A stretch of 64,000 nucleotides of DNA from Myxococcales bacterium (GTDB lineage: Bacteria > Myxococcota_A > UBA9042 > JABWCM01 > BTVJ01). The stretch is from NCBI GenBank assembly GCA_045863395.1, contig BTVJ01000038.1, positions 1 through 64,000 of the forward strand. The letters run 5' to 3'. The notes beneath the pieces are model-generated. The model did no database searches, was not told the DNA's origin, and saw nothing but the letters and a program-made list of their open reading frames with translations. Made by a program: the position numbers and the translations under genes. This document shows positions 1 through 9,974 of the stretch, piece by piece (within the stretch, counting starts at the first letter, position 1; every line of letters starts with the position of its first letter).

Positions 1-235
1 CCGCCGCGAACTCGGCGCATGAGGGCCGCGCCCATATTTGTTGCTGACCCTGTGAGTGGGTCGGCTGTGGAGTCCCTGTGGACGAAGCGCCCCGAACCCG
101 GCGCGATGCACGAGCAGCTCCCTGAAATCGCAAGGGAAGCGGCTTGCGGCGCTCCGCGGGACTTCTGCACAACGTCGGCAATGGGCGCCGCAGAGCCGCC
201 CGTGCGGCTGGCCCGCGTCGACGTTCGCGGGCGGG

Positions 236-1075
236 TCAAGGGGACTTGACGACCATCACGTCGCGCCGTGCGCGTCTTACTACTTGGTACACCGTGTCGC
301 CGAGGAGCAGGTCTCGCAGGACGGTGGCGTCTCCGTGGCTGCCGATGACGATGGGGTCCGCTCCCTCCTCGTCCGCGACCTCCAGGATCGCCTGCGCGGC
401 ATTGCGTTGCGCGACCCGGAAACACACGCTCAGCCCAGCCATGTCGCGCAGCGCCGCCGCGTCGTGGAGGCGCACGAGCGCTTCGTGCTCCGCCCCCGCG
501 CCCTCGTCTACGGTGAGCAGCACGAGGCGCGCGCTCAGGCCCCGCGCCAGCTCTGCGCCCACGCTCAGTGCCCGCAGGCTGTGCGTACCGAAGTCCACAG
601 GGACCAGGATGGTCCGCGCGGCCTCGCTCGGGGATGGGGCCGGTGACACGCAGAGCACCGAGCACGGGGACTGCCGCACGACGCGATAGGTCGTGTTGGC
701 CAGCGGGAACAGCGAGTCGATGGCAGTGGAGCCTCGGCGGGCGATCACGACGAGGTCGGCGCCCACACCCAGGCCCGCCTTGAGCACCTCCAGATACGGA
801 GTGCCCAGCGTGACCACTCGCTGGACCTCGCAGGCAGCGCCCCCGGCCTCCGCGACTACCCGATCCAGCGACTCCGTGAACCGCGCGACGAGCTGACGCT
901 CTACGTCATCGCCCCGGACCATGTAGGCGAGCGTGTTGACCTCGCGCGGCTCGACCACCGTGTGGAGGATCAGCGATGCCCCGCATGCGACGGCCAGCTC
1001 CAGGGCACGCTGGAGGGCCACCCGCGACCCCGGAGAGAAGTCGATGGGCACCAGGATGCGGTGGAAGCAGCTCAT
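236..1075 (-). CDS. Universal stress protein, tandem UspA domains
   Basis: Two repeats of the ILVP(I/V)DF...ADL(V/I)VIG/A...G(D/N)T...VVR...C/D(S/V)LV pattern typical of Usp domains. Confidence 0.9.
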   Translation of the reverse strand: MSCFHRILVPIDFSPGSRVALQRALELAVACGASLILHTVVEPREVNTLAYMVRGDDVERQLVARFTESLDRVVAEAGGAACEVQRVVTLGTPYLEVLKAGLGVGADLVVIARRGSTAIDSLFPLANTTYRVVRQSPCSVLCVSPAPSPSEAARTILVPVDFGTHSLRALSVGAELARGLSARLVLLTVDEGAGAEHEALVRLHDAAALRDMAGLSVCFRVAQRNAAQAILEVADEEGADPIVIGSHGDATVLRDLLLGDTVYQVVRRARRDVMVVKSP

Positions 1076-1103
1076 CGAACGGTCACAGCGGGAGGGCGGG
1101 CGG

Positions 1104-1505
1104 TCAGCGTCCCTCTACGCGGAAGGCGCGCCAACGACCGATGGGCTCACCGGCCGTGGACAACACCTGGCCCGTCAGCACGTGCTCCCCCAACACCCCT
1201 TGGAACGTGTACCGCTGAGCGGACGCGCTGCAACTCACGGCTCGGCCCGCCAGATCGAGCTGGAAGGAGATCGTGTCGTCCTTGAGCTGGCTGGTGCAGA
1301 GGTCCAGGCGGCGCGGCTCCACGCCGGCTGCCGCGGTGTAGATGGCGTGACCAGCGGCCTTCCCGGCGAGCTCCAGGTCCAGCTCGAAGCGGTGATCACG
1401 GTCGATCTCGCCCGTGCCCTTCCACTGCCCTGCGATGCCCGGCCCGCAGCCCGTGGCTGCAATGACGAGGAGCAGAGCTGCGGACATCCTGAAAAATCCT
1501 GCCAT
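1104..1505 (-). CDS. Hypothetical lipoprotein
   Basis: Hydrophobic signal ending in lipobox-like ATGC; co-oriented with neighbours; GC3-rich codons. Confidence 0.6.
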   Translation of the reverse strand: MAGFFRMSAALLLVIAATGCGPGIAGQWKGTGEIDRDHRFELDLELAGKAAGHAIYTAAAGVEPRRLDLCTSQLKDDTISFQLDLAGRAVSCSASAQRYTFQGVLGEHVLTGQVLSTAGEPIGRWRAFRVEGR

Positions 1506-1529
1506 TGAGATCCCTCGCGGCCCGTCGGA

Positions 1530-2594
1530 TCAGGAGCTCGGGTGCTCGCCCTTCGGGCAGTCGAAGCGGAGGTGGAAGTGGTCCCTGTGGCCCCGGATGT
1601 GCCGGATGACGGCGGAGCGGCTGGCCCCGTCCTCGTAGCCTCGCGTCTCGAAGAGGCGTGACAGGGTCTCCTCGTCGTACCCCATCTTGAGCGCGGCGTC
1701 CCGGAGTGGCTTGTGGAGCCAGCGGTCGACGTAGATGGCCGAGACGTGGCCCGTGGAGAGGGCAGCGTCGAAGAAGGCCCAGGTCTTCTCGGCGTCCATC
1801 GTCTCGGGCGTCACGGCCACGAAGTGGGTGAAGGGCTTGTTGTCCTTGGCGAAGTAGCCGATGTCCACGTCCCGCCCGCCGCGGTGGCTCTTGTGCGGCG
1901 GCATGAAGCCGCCGTTCCTGAAGCTCACGTCGCCGATGAACGCGGGCACCGTGCCCGGGAACTGGCGGGCAACGGCCGCGGAGGCCTCCTGGATGTGCTC
2001 CACCGTCCCCCGTGTACCCCAGGTTCGATCCCTGCGAGGCGCAATGTAGCCGGGCCCGCTCTCTGGCAGCGACACGCCGTCCTCCAGGCGCCGCGGGCCC
2101 GAGCCCGGCTTGGAGATGCGCACGACGATGGCCTTGCCCGCCTTGAGGCCTCCTGGCTTCATGCGGTTGAGCTTCCGGAGGGTCTTGACGTCCGTGTTGA
2201 ACTTGCGGGCGATCTTGACGAGGCTGTCGCCGCGCTTGACCTGGTAGGTGACCTTCTCGAGCTTCACGCCGCGCGCGCCCTTCTTGGTCGAGGCTGTCGC
2301 CTTCGTGACCTTGGCGCCCTTCGTGGCCGTAGCCTTGGCGCCCTTCGTGGCCGTAGCCTTGGCGCCCTTCGTGGCCGTAGCCTTGGCGCCCTTCGTGGCC
2401 GTAGCCTTCGAGCGGGAGGGCTTGGTGACCTTGGCGCCGGGCTTCGTGGCCTTCTTGGGAGCGGTGGCGGCGGCCCCACTTCGAGCGTCACTGCGAGCGT
2501 GAGCCAGCTCGGGGATGCCCACGAGGAGGAGGCCCAACAGACAGGCAGCTCGCAGGGAGCCAGTGAATCCAATGAACTCAGCGATCCGTGGCAT
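1530..2594 (-). CDS. LysM-domain penicillin-insensitive murein endopeptidase (MepA family) with Lys/Ala/Thr-rich linker
   Basis: Signal peptide, LysM (YQVKRGDSLVKIARKF), MepA motifs IGDVS...GG...HKSHRGGRDVD and H-x-x-HFH; start placed at ATG 2594 (uncertain). Confidence 0.85.
   Translation of the reverse strand: MPRIAEFIGFTGSLRAACLLGLLLVGIPELAHARSDARSGAAATAPKKATKPGAKVTKPSRSKATATKGAKATATKGAKATATKGAKATATKGAKVTKATASTKKGARGVKLEKVTYQVKRGDSLVKIARKFNTDVKTLRKLNRMKPGGLKAGKAIVVRISKPGSGPRRLEDGVSLPESGPGYIAPRRDRTWGTRGTVEHIQEASAAVARQFPGTVPAFIGDVSFRNGGFMPPHKSHRGGRDVDIGYFAKDNKPFTHFVAVTPETMDAEKTWAFFDAALSTGHVSAIYVDRWLHKPLRDAALKMGYDEETLSRLFETRGYEDGASRSAVIRHIRGHRDHFHLRFDCPKGEHPSS
2309..2404. repeat. Intragenic 24-bp tandem repeat x4 (encodes KATATKGA)
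   Basis: ccttggcgcccttcgtggccgtag repeated four times exactly, with degenerate flanking copies. Confidence 0.95.
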
Positions 2595-2651
2595 CGCAAA
2601 CCTCCGTGTCACGGGTCGAGGGGCCACCGTACCCGCCTTTGGCGCCAGCGG

Positions 2652-3548
2652 TCAACCCGTCTTTTCGTGGGCGCTGTCACCCGAGGCAGGGGCGGGCGGT
2701 GCGGCGCCCGGCCCGGACCCGAGCTCAGGGTCGAACAAGCGCTTGTCGAGCAGAGTTGACGGGCTGATGCTCCCCATGGCTGCCAACAAGCTGTTCTTCA
2801 CGCCCGGGTATTCCCGCTGGAGGTCCGACAGGAGCCGCTTCATGCGCTCGCGCTTGAGCCCCTCCTGGCTGGAGCAGAGGGTGCACGGGATGACGGGCCA
2901 CCCCTTCGCCTCCGCGAACTCGATGATCCACTCCTCCGGCACGTAGCCGAGCGGGCGGATCACCGTGTTGCGGCCGTCGTCGCTGCGGAGGCGAACGGGC
3001 ATCCCCTTGTTCTGGCCCACGAAGAACAGGTTGAGGAGGAAGGTCTCGATGATGTCGTCCCGGTGGTGGCCCAGCGCCAGCTTGGTGCACCCGCGCTCTG
3101 CGGCCTGGTCGTACAGGATGCCGCGCCGCAGCCGGCTGCAGAGCGAGCACGTCGTCGCGCCCGGCTCGATCTTGTCCAGCACGATGTCGTAGGTGTTGCG
3201 GTGATGGATCACCGTCTCGTAGCCCTCGGACTCCAGGAACGAGCGGAGCTGCTCCGTCGGGAAGCCCGGGTGGCCTTGGTCGAGGTGGAACGCGAAGAAG
3301 CTGAACTCGAAGGGCGCCACTCGCTGGAGGCGCCGCAGGAAGTGCAGCAGCGCATAGGAGTCCTTGCCGCCGCTCACGCCCACCAGGATGCGATCCCCGG
3401 GCTCGATGAGGTTCCACTCGCGGCAGCACTCCGCGAAGCAGCGCGCGATCTTGTGCTCCAGGGCGTCGATGGTGCGGGCGGCGCTCGTGCCCTTGGGGCG
3501 GCGCGCGTCGGCCCGGCGCTCCAGGGTCTGAAGGCTGACGGTGCTCAT
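2652..3548 (-). CDS. ttcA: tRNA 2-thiocytidine(32) synthetase
   Basis: PP-loop SGGKDS, CSLCSRLRRG, LGHHRDD, VIRPL, IPCTLC motifs. Confidence 0.95.
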   Translation of the reverse strand: MSTVSLQTLERRADARRPKGTSAARTIDALEHKIARCFAECCREWNLIEPGDRILVGVSGGKDSYALLHFLRRLQRVAPFEFSFFAFHLDQGHPGFPTEQLRSFLESEGYETVIHHRNTYDIVLDKIEPGATTCSLCSRLRRGILYDQAAERGCTKLALGHHRDDIIETFLLNLFFVGQNKGMPVRLRSDDGRNTVIRPLGYVPEEWIIEFAEAKGWPVIPCTLCSSQEGLKRERMKRLLSDLQREYPGVKNSLLAAMGSISPSTLLDKRLFDPELGSGPGAAPPAPASGDSAHEKTG

Positions 3549-3590
3549 GGGGCAGGCATCCTAGCGGCGGCGCACGGCCGTGTCGAGCCG

Positions 3591-3618
3591 TTGACAAGGC
3601 GGGGCCCTTCGGTACGCT
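3591..3618 (+). promoter_or_regulatory. Putative sigma70 promoter for the redoxin operon
   Basis: TTGACA-N16-TACGCT, flanked by inverted repeat gtcgagc(3582)/gctcgac(3616), in the divergent gap with ttcA. Confidence 0.45.
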
Positions 3619-3683
3619 CGACGGGCGCGTAACGGGAGCGGTCGCCACATGAAGTCGCCGCCCCGAGCCGCCCGGAGGAGACC

Positions 3684-4304
3684 ATGAACCGCATCGCCGT
3701 CGTCCTGGCCCTCGCCGCCCTCGGGGGGTGCCTGGCGGACGAGAACGACATCAAGGCCTCCGTGGGCCTCCAGGAGGACGCCGGCGCTGCCGTGGACGTC
3801 GTCGTCGCCGATGTGCCGGCATGTGAGGCGCCGTCCGAGGGCTTCGGCACCGCGCCGGGGGGGATCTTCGACGCCAATGTGGTCCTCAAGGACTGCGACG
3901 GCAACCTGGTGCGGCTCGCGGACCTGATGTGCGGCAAACGGCTCACGCTCGTCGACATCGGCGCCGGGTGGTGCGACCCCTGCATCCAGCAGGCAAAGAC
4001 GTTGGACGCGCAGATCTACGAGCCCAACAAGGGCAAGGGCCTCCAGGTGATCTCCATCCTGTTCGAGGACTCCAAGTCCCTCCCCGCCACCGCGGCCTTC
4101 TGCAAGCAGTGGCGCGCCGACTTCGGCCTGACGTCTCCCGTCCTCTATGACCCCACCTTCAAGATGAAGCCCTACTTCACCGAGGTTGCCTCCTCCACCC
4201 CGGTGAACATGCTCGTGGACGGGGACTTCCGCATCATCTACAAGCGCTCCGGCGAGGCGCCGGCGGACCTGGGGCAGACCATCGCGTCCGAGCTGGCGAA
4301 GTAG
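3684..4304 (+). CDS. TlpA/redoxin-family thiol-disulfide oxidoreductase lipoprotein
   Basis: Lipobox LGGC, AGWCDPC active site, cis-Pro-like STP; RBS GGAGG. Confidence 0.8.
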   Translation: MNRIAVVLALAALGGCLADENDIKASVGLQEDAGAAVDVVVADVPACEAPSEGFGTAPGGIFDANVVLKDCDGNLVRLADLMCGKRLTLVDIGAGWCDPCIQQAKTLDAQIYEPNKGKGLQVISILFEDSKSLPATAAFCKQWRADFGLTSPVLYDPTFKMKPYFTEVASSTPVNMLVDGDFRIIYKRSGEAPADLGQTIASELAK

Positions 4305-4315
4305 GAGGGCTCCCC

Positions 4316-4846
4316 GTGCGCAGCTTCATCGTGGCGCTCATGATCCTGGCGGCCTGTGGCGGCGCGGGCCAAGCGGTGCAGGGGGACGAGCCCCCGGCCG
4401 GGGCCAGCGGGACGCCCATGAAGGCGTTCACCCTGAAGGACATGACGGGGCGCGCCTTCGACCTGCGGGACCACCTGGGCAAGGACGTCATCATGGTCTC
4501 GTTCTGGGCGACGTGGTGCGCGCCCTGCAAGAACGAGCTCGAGCGCATGAGCAAGGTGTACGAGGCGCTCAAGGGGGACGGCTTCGTCTATCTGGCCGTG
4601 TCGACGGACGGCCCCACGTCCGTCGCCCAGGTGCGCCCCTACATCCAGGGGCTCGGCTACACCTTCCCCGTGCTCCTGGACACCCAGACCCAGGTCATGA
4701 GCCGCCACAACCCCCGGGGCGACATGCCCTTCTATGTGCTGGTCGACCGGGCGGGCCGCATCGCGGACATCCACCAGGGCTTCACCCCCGGCGACGAGGT
4801 GGACATCGAGCGCCGCATTCGGGCCTTGCTCGCGGCCGCCCCGTGA
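4316..4846 (+). CDS. TlpA-family disulfide reductase lipoprotein
   Basis: Lipobox LAAC, FWATWCAPC, YTFPVLLD, MPF. Confidence 0.9.
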   Translation: MRSFIVALMILAACGGAGQAVQGDEPPAGASGTPMKAFTLKDMTGRAFDLRDHLGKDVIMVSFWATWCAPCKNELERMSKVYEALKGDGFVYLAVSTDGPTSVAQVRPYIQGLGYTFPVLLDTQTQVMSRHNPRGDMPFYVLVDRAGRIADIHQGFTPGDEVDIERRIRALLAAAP

Positions 4847-6435
4847 GAGGGTCCCCTTGGCTGGCCGCCCTGGTCGCGGCGCTGCTCCCCGCCCAGGCGG
4901 CGGCCTTCGACGTGGAGCTCCCCGTCATCGGCACCATGGGCTTCGACGTCACCGAGAGCCTGCTCATCCGGTGGCTGGACGACAACTTCGACCGCAACGA
5001 CCGGGACGACCAGGTCCTCGGGATCCTCAGCAAGACCAACCTGATCGTCACCGCGGGGCCCGCCACCGCCGGCGTGCGGCTCGACGTGGCGCTGTTCTTC
5101 AACGAGGCCGAGTGTGGCGCCGGCACGGAGAGCGCGCTGTGCTTCTTCAAGGACTACATCCGCCCCGAGAAGACCTGGGGGACCTGGGACTTCGGCGACG
5201 CGAGCCTGACCGCCGGCGACGTCTACGCCAGCTTCGGGCGGGGCCTCGTGCTCAGCGTCCGCAAGATCGACGAGCTGGGCATCGACACCACCATCCGGGG
5301 TGGGCGCGCCGCCTTGACCACGGGCCCTCTCAGCGTGCAGGTGGTGGCGGGGGCGACCAACGTCCAGAACGTGGACAACACGAGCCAGCAGTTCATCGAG
5401 GACCCCGACGACGTGCTGGTCGGAGCCGAGGCGTCGCTGACCCTGCCTGGCGGAGTGGAGCTGGGCGTCCGCGGGGTGCAGGCGTTCTTCGAGGGCTCCG
5501 CGAGCATCGGGCACGAGGAGCGGACCACCATCGGGGGCGCGTCCCTCAGCTTGGGGGACCTGTTCGGTGTCGCGGCGCTCTATCTCGAGGGCGCGATCCT
5601 GCGTCACACGGACGAGGGGTCGGGGGCGCGCATCGTCGACGAAGGGGGGGCGGTCTATGGCAGCCTCTCCGTCTTCGCCGGGGCCTTCAACGTCCTGCTG
5701 GAGGGCAAGCACTACCGCAAGTTCCAGCTCCAGGCCGCAGATCCGCGCCTCGCCTCCTTCGGCATCGTCTACGCGGAGCCCCCGGCCCTGGAGCGCTTCG
5801 ACCAGATCGTGCCCAACAACTCCGACACGACCGGGGGGCGGCTGCGAGCCGAGTACTCCGTGCTGTCCACTGGCACCCGCATCCACGCCAATGGCCTGTT
5901 CTACGTCTACAACAACCGGGAGGAGGACCCCCTGGAGGACGGCGCCTGGGCGCTCCACGCCTACGGGGGCGTCCGCCAGGACTTCGGGCTCGGCTTCTTC
6001 GCGGACGTCTCCGGCGGGTGGCGCGAGGAGCGCGAGCTGCTGACCGACGAGCTCGTCCTCAAGATGTGGCACGCGGAGGGCGAGGTGAACCTCCCGCTCG
6101 GTGGGCCCCACCACCTGGGGCTCAAGGTGAACCACCAGTCCGAGGTCAAGCGCGGCGTCCCTCTCAACCACTCGTTCATCCGGGGTCAGGCCATCGCGAC
6201 CTGGTCGCTGGCGCCCATCCTGCGGGTCGCGGCTCTCTATGGTTACACCACCCGCAACGAGGTGCTCGAGCCCGTACACAACGTGGCGGGGGAGGTGAGC
6301 TGGGACTTCGCGAGCTGGGGGACCCTCACGGCGTTCGGGGGGCAGATCCCCGGCGGCATCCTCTGCGTGAGCGGCACCTGCCGCAGCTTGCCCGCGTTCA
6401 GCGGCGCCAGCCTCGAGACCGTGCTACGGTTCTGA
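4843..6435 (+). CDS. Outer-membrane beta-barrel protein, DUF6029-like
   Basis: GTG overlaps upstream TGA; signal peptide; alternating beta-strand pattern; GDVYASFGRGLVL motif and C-terminal GGILCVSGTCRSLPAFSG ending in Phe. Confidence 0.65.
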   Translation: MRGSPWLAALVAALLPAQAAAFDVELPVIGTMGFDVTESLLIRWLDDNFDRNDRDDQVLGILSKTNLIVTAGPATAGVRLDVALFFNEAECGAGTESALCFFKDYIRPEKTWGTWDFGDASLTAGDVYASFGRGLVLSVRKIDELGIDTTIRGGRAALTTGPLSVQVVAGATNVQNVDNTSQQFIEDPDDVLVGAEASLTLPGGVELGVRGVQAFFEGSASIGHEERTTIGGASLSLGDLFGVAALYLEGAILRHTDEGSGARIVDEGGAVYGSLSVFAGAFNVLLEGKHYRKFQLQAADPRLASFGIVYAEPPALERFDQIVPNNSDTTGGRLRAEYSVLSTGTRIHANGLFYVYNNREEDPLEDGAWALHAYGGVRQDFGLGFFADVSGGWREERELLTDELVLKMWHAEGEVNLPLGGPHHLGLKVNHQSEVKRGVPLNHSFIRGQAIATWSLAPILRVAALYGYTTRNEVLEPVHNVAGEVSWDFASWGTLTAFGGQIPGGILCVSGTCRSLPAFSGASLETVLRF

Positions 6436-6438
6436 GCC

Positions 6439-6978
6439 ATGCGGACTGGTCTCGCCTGCGTCGCGCTTCTCTTCGCCCTGGGCGGCTGCGCCATCGACTC
6501 GACCTCGTCCGGTGCGGAGGTCTCCGAGCGCCAGGCCCTGCGCGCCCTTCACGGCATCCGGGTGTCGCCGGTGACCCACGCGGGCGCCAGATTCGGGGCG
6601 ATGATGCCGTCCGGTCCCGGCTGGAGCAACGTGGAGCTCGCTGGCCGGCTCCTGGCGCTGGAGCTTGGGGTCCCGACCCCGGTGACCGTGGTGGTGAGCG
6701 TCCGCGCGCAGGGGACCGTCGCAGACCTGGTGGCGCGGTGGCGCGGCGCCTTCAAGGGCAAGGGGTTTCGCGTCGCCGAGGACGTGGGCAGGGACGCGGT
6801 CGTCCTGCTCGCCGAGGGCACCGAGGCGGTGTCGGGGCGGTCCGTGGATACGGTCGTCATCCGGGTGCTCTCCGATGGGCGCGCGGTCCAGTGCTCCGTG
6901 GGAGCCCCGGCGGCGGAGGCGCGCACGTGGGCCCAGGCCATCCGCGAGATCTGCGACACCGTCGAGCCCGTGCGGTGA
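6439..6978 (+). CDS. Hypothetical lipoprotein
   Basis: Lipobox LGGC; directly follows the previous gene. Confidence 0.6.
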   Translation: MRTGLACVALLFALGGCAIDSTSSGAEVSERQALRALHGIRVSPVTHAGARFGAMMPSGPGWSNVELAGRLLALELGVPTPVTVVVSVRAQGTVADLVARWRGAFKGKGFRVAEDVGRDAVVLLAEGTEAVSGRSVDTVVIRVLSDGRAVQCSVGAPAAEARTWAQAIREICDTVEPVR

Positions 6979-7148
6979 CGGGGCGCGGTCGCTTCCGGCG
7001 GACGGCGGGCCAGGGGGCCTGCCCGTGGGGCTGGTGCGGGCGCTCGCCTCCCGCTATCATGGCTCCGTAACCGAGACGGCGGTCGGCTGTGCTGCTCCAG
7101 GATGACAGCGCATGGCGCGCCGCTGGATCACGAACGTGACGGGTGGTC

Positions 7149-8411
7149 ATGGCGCTTGTCTGCACGACGTGCTTGAAGGAGGCCCCAGACGCCGCCCGGT
7201 CGTGCCCCAACCCCCAGTGTGGCTCGGAAGTCTGGCAGCCGGTGCCGTCCCTGGTCGCGCGGGTGCTCGACGGTCGCTACAAGGTCGAGCGGCTGCTTGG
7301 CGTAGGCGCCATGGGCGAGATCTGGCAGGCGTCCCACGTCCACACGGGCCAGCCGCGGGCCATCAAGATCCTGTCACCGGCGGCGAGCGACGAGGGGGCC
7401 ACCGACCGGGTGCTCAACGAGCTGCGAGCCACGGCGCTGGCAGACAATGCCCACACGGCCACCGTGTACGAGGCGGGGACCCTTGGCGACGGGCGCGTGT
7501 ATCTGGCGCTGGAGCTGGTGGCCGGGCGGACCCTGGAGGAGGACCTGCTCTCGCGCCGCGGCTCGGGTCGGGAGAGCTCCTGGCGACGCGTCGCCCACAT
7601 CGCCGCCCAGGTGTGCGCGGGGCTGGACAGCGCGCACCGCGTCGGCGTGGTCCACCGCGATCTGAAGCCCGCCAACGTCATGCTCGCCCCGAGGGATGGG
7701 GACCCCCTGTTCACCAAGGTGCTGGACTTCGGCATCGCCACGATCACCGCCGGGACGTCGACCAGCGGCGCGGTCAAGCCGGGCCTGGTGGCCGGGACGC
7801 CCGAGTACATGAGCCCCGAGCAGCTCCACGGGGGCAAGCCCGTCGACCACAGGACCGACCTGTACTCTCTGGGGGTGCTGATCTACGAGATGCTGGCAGG
7901 AGCGCCGCCCCTGATCGGGCCGACCCCGCTGGACATCGCCCGCGCGCGGCACAAGAAGGTGGCCCCGTCCGTGCGGCACGTGCGCCCCGATGTACCGCCC
8001 GCCCTCGATCAGCTCATCCAGGACCTGCTCGCCAAGGAGCCCTTCGACCGCCCGCCGTCCGCCGCCGCCGTGCGCGAGCGCCTCCGCTCCCTGCTCGGCC
8101 AGCCACGGACCGGTCAGTCTCAGGTCACGCTGGGGGCGACCACTGTGGAGCGGCCGCTCTCCCGCCTCGCCATCGGGCGAGGGCTGAACTGGCGGCGGGT
8201 CGCGACGGTCGGGCTCGTCGCAGCGATCTCGGTGGGCGTGCTCTGGGGCATCCTCCGCCTGGCGACGCTGGAGGACGCGCAGCCCCCTGCACTGAAGACG
8301 CCGTCCTCCGAGCGAGCCACGCCCGCCGCACCCGCCAGCCCTTCGCCGCCGGTGGCGCCCGCCGTCACCGCCGGGCCTGGCGAGGCCGCCGTGGGGTCGG
8401 CGCCACGCTGA
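7149..8411 (+). CDS. Hanks-type Ser/Thr protein kinase with N-terminal Zn-ribbon and C-terminal TM helix
   Basis: CTTC...CPNPQC; LGVGAMGEIW, AIK, HRDLKPAN, DFG, GTPEYMSPE. Confidence 0.92.
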   Translation: MALVCTTCLKEAPDAARSCPNPQCGSEVWQPVPSLVARVLDGRYKVERLLGVGAMGEIWQASHVHTGQPRAIKILSPAASDEGATDRVLNELRATALADNAHTATVYEAGTLGDGRVYLALELVAGRTLEEDLLSRRGSGRESSWRRVAHIAAQVCAGLDSAHRVGVVHRDLKPANVMLAPRDGDPLFTKVLDFGIATITAGTSTSGAVKPGLVAGTPEYMSPEQLHGGKPVDHRTDLYSLGVLIYEMLAGAPPLIGPTPLDIARARHKKVAPSVRHVRPDVPPALDQLIQDLLAKEPFDRPPSAAAVRERLRSLLGQPRTGQSQVTLGATTVERPLSRLAIGRGLNWRRVATVGLVAAISVGVLWGILRLATLEDAQPPALKTPSSERATPAAPASPSPPVAPAVTAGPGEAAVGSAPR

Positions 8412-8549
8412 GGTAGCCAAAATGTGGGCGAGCGGGGTTGACGGGGGGCGCTCCGTCGGTTCTGCTAACGTCGGGTCGCGCATCGGCGCGGCTCATCGTC
8501 GACCCGAGGCCGGGGGCTCAACCCCCGTTTATCACCATGTGTAGGCACC

Positions 8550-8843
8550 ATGAAGGCCACGTTCCTCCCCCTTGGGCGGACGGTGGAGGTGCTGCCAGAT
8601 GAGAGCGTCTTGCAAGCCGCGATCCGGTGCGGCGTGCTCATCCGCACGGTCTGCAATGGCCGCGCGACATGCGCCGCGTGCAGGGTTCGCGTCGTGGAGG
8701 GAATGAGCAACACCGTGAAGCCAGGCTTCGTGGAGAAGAACCTCATCGGCAACACCTGGTTCATCACGAAGGAGCGGCTGGCCTGCCAGCTCCTCCTCCG
8801 CGGTGACGTGATCATCGACCTGTCCGAGAACCAGCAAGGTTGA
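8550..8843 (+). CDS. 2Fe-2S ferredoxin
   Basis: C-x5-C-x2-C (CNGRATCAAC) and RLACQ. Confidence 0.9.
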   Translation: MKATFLPLGRTVEVLPDESVLQAAIRCGVLIRTVCNGRATCAACRVRVVEGMSNTVKPGFVEKNLIGNTWFITKERLACQLLLRGDVIIDLSENQQG

Positions 8844-8899
8844 GGGGCGCCCGGGCTGCGGTCCGGGCGCCCAGCTCCTCCTCATTGGAAGTGGGGGCG

Positions 8900-9817
8900 A
8901 TGGCGCTGCACGACACACATGACCGTCATGATCATCATGGGCACGACCGGTCGCGGGAGACCCGGTCGCTGCGGCTGACGCTGCTCCTCACCGGGACCAT
9001 CCTGGTCGTGGAGGTCGTCGGGGGGCTCCTGTCCGGCTCGCTGGCGCTGCTCTCCGACGCCGGGCACATGCTGGGCGACGTGTCCGCGGTCGTCCTGAGC
9101 ATGCTGGCGCTGCGGCTGGCCGGCCGGGCGGCCGACACGCTGCGGACCTATGGGTGGTACCGGCTCGAGATCCTGGCGGCGCTCGCCAACGGGGTGGTGC
9201 TCCTCGGCATCGCCACCTTCGTCGTGCTGGAGGCCATCGAGCGCCTGCGGTCGCCCCAGCCCGTGGACTCCATGCTGATGCTCGGCGTCGCCGTCATCGG
9301 CCTGGCGGCGAACGCGGCGGCCCTGTTCGTGCTCCACGGGAGCCGCTCGAACCTCAACGTGCGCAGCGTGTTCCTGCACGTCATGGGCGACGCCCTGTCG
9401 TCCGTCGGCGTGGTCGTCGGCGCCGTGCTGATCGCGGTGACCGGCAACACGATGATCGACCCCATCCTGTCCTGCGTGATCGGCGTCATCATCACCATCG
9501 GGGCGGTGTCCCTGGTGCGCGAGTCCGCCCACATCCTGCTCGAGGGGGTGCCCGCGCACATCGACGCGACGGCGGTCGGCGGCAGGATCCTGGACGTGCC
9601 GGGCGTGGAGGCGGTGCACGACCTCCACATCTGGTGTCTGACGTCTGATCGGGTCGCGCTCAGCGCACACATCGTCGTGCCGCCCGGCAACGACATGGAG
9701 GAGAGCGGGCGCATCCTCCACGCAGTCGAGGCGCTGCTCGTGCAGGAGTACGCCATCTCCCACGCCACGCTCCAGATCGAGGCGCGGGGCTACGAGCACG
9801 TCGCCGAGATCCACTGA
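8900..9817 (+). CDS. Cation diffusion facilitator (CzcD/ZitB-like Zn/Co/Cd exporter)
   Basis: His-rich N-terminus, SLALLSDAGHMLGD, TYGWYRLEIL, FLHVMGD, VHDLHIW, HATLQIE. Confidence 0.93.
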   Translation: MALHDTHDRHDHHGHDRSRETRSLRLTLLLTGTILVVEVVGGLLSGSLALLSDAGHMLGDVSAVVLSMLALRLAGRAADTLRTYGWYRLEILAALANGVVLLGIATFVVLEAIERLRSPQPVDSMLMLGVAVIGLAANAAALFVLHGSRSNLNVRSVFLHVMGDALSSVGVVVGAVLIAVTGNTMIDPILSCVIGVIITIGAVSLVRESAHILLEGVPAHIDATAVGGRILDVPGVEAVHDLHIWCLTSDRVALSAHIVVPPGNDMEESGRILHAVEALLVQEYAISHATLQIEARGYEHVAEIH

Positions 9818-9974
9818 GGCGTAGCCGAGGGTCAAGGGGCCGCCGGGGGGCGAGCCGAGGGTCCGAGGGCAGCGGAATGCTTGCCGACGGAGCGGGGTTT
9901 CTGCTACCGTTGCCGGCCGTGCGCCCCGGATTTGGGCGAAAGTCACTGAAATCGTTGAACTTGAGAGGAAGCGA

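Noticed and set aside
1..235. Short ORFs at the window start
   Set aside because: Only a possible minus-strand ATG at 20 running off the edge; too little sequence to support a call
2309..2404. Possible CRISPR array (24-bp repeats)
   Set aside because: Repeats are contiguous with no spacers and in frame within a CDS; no cas genes in the window
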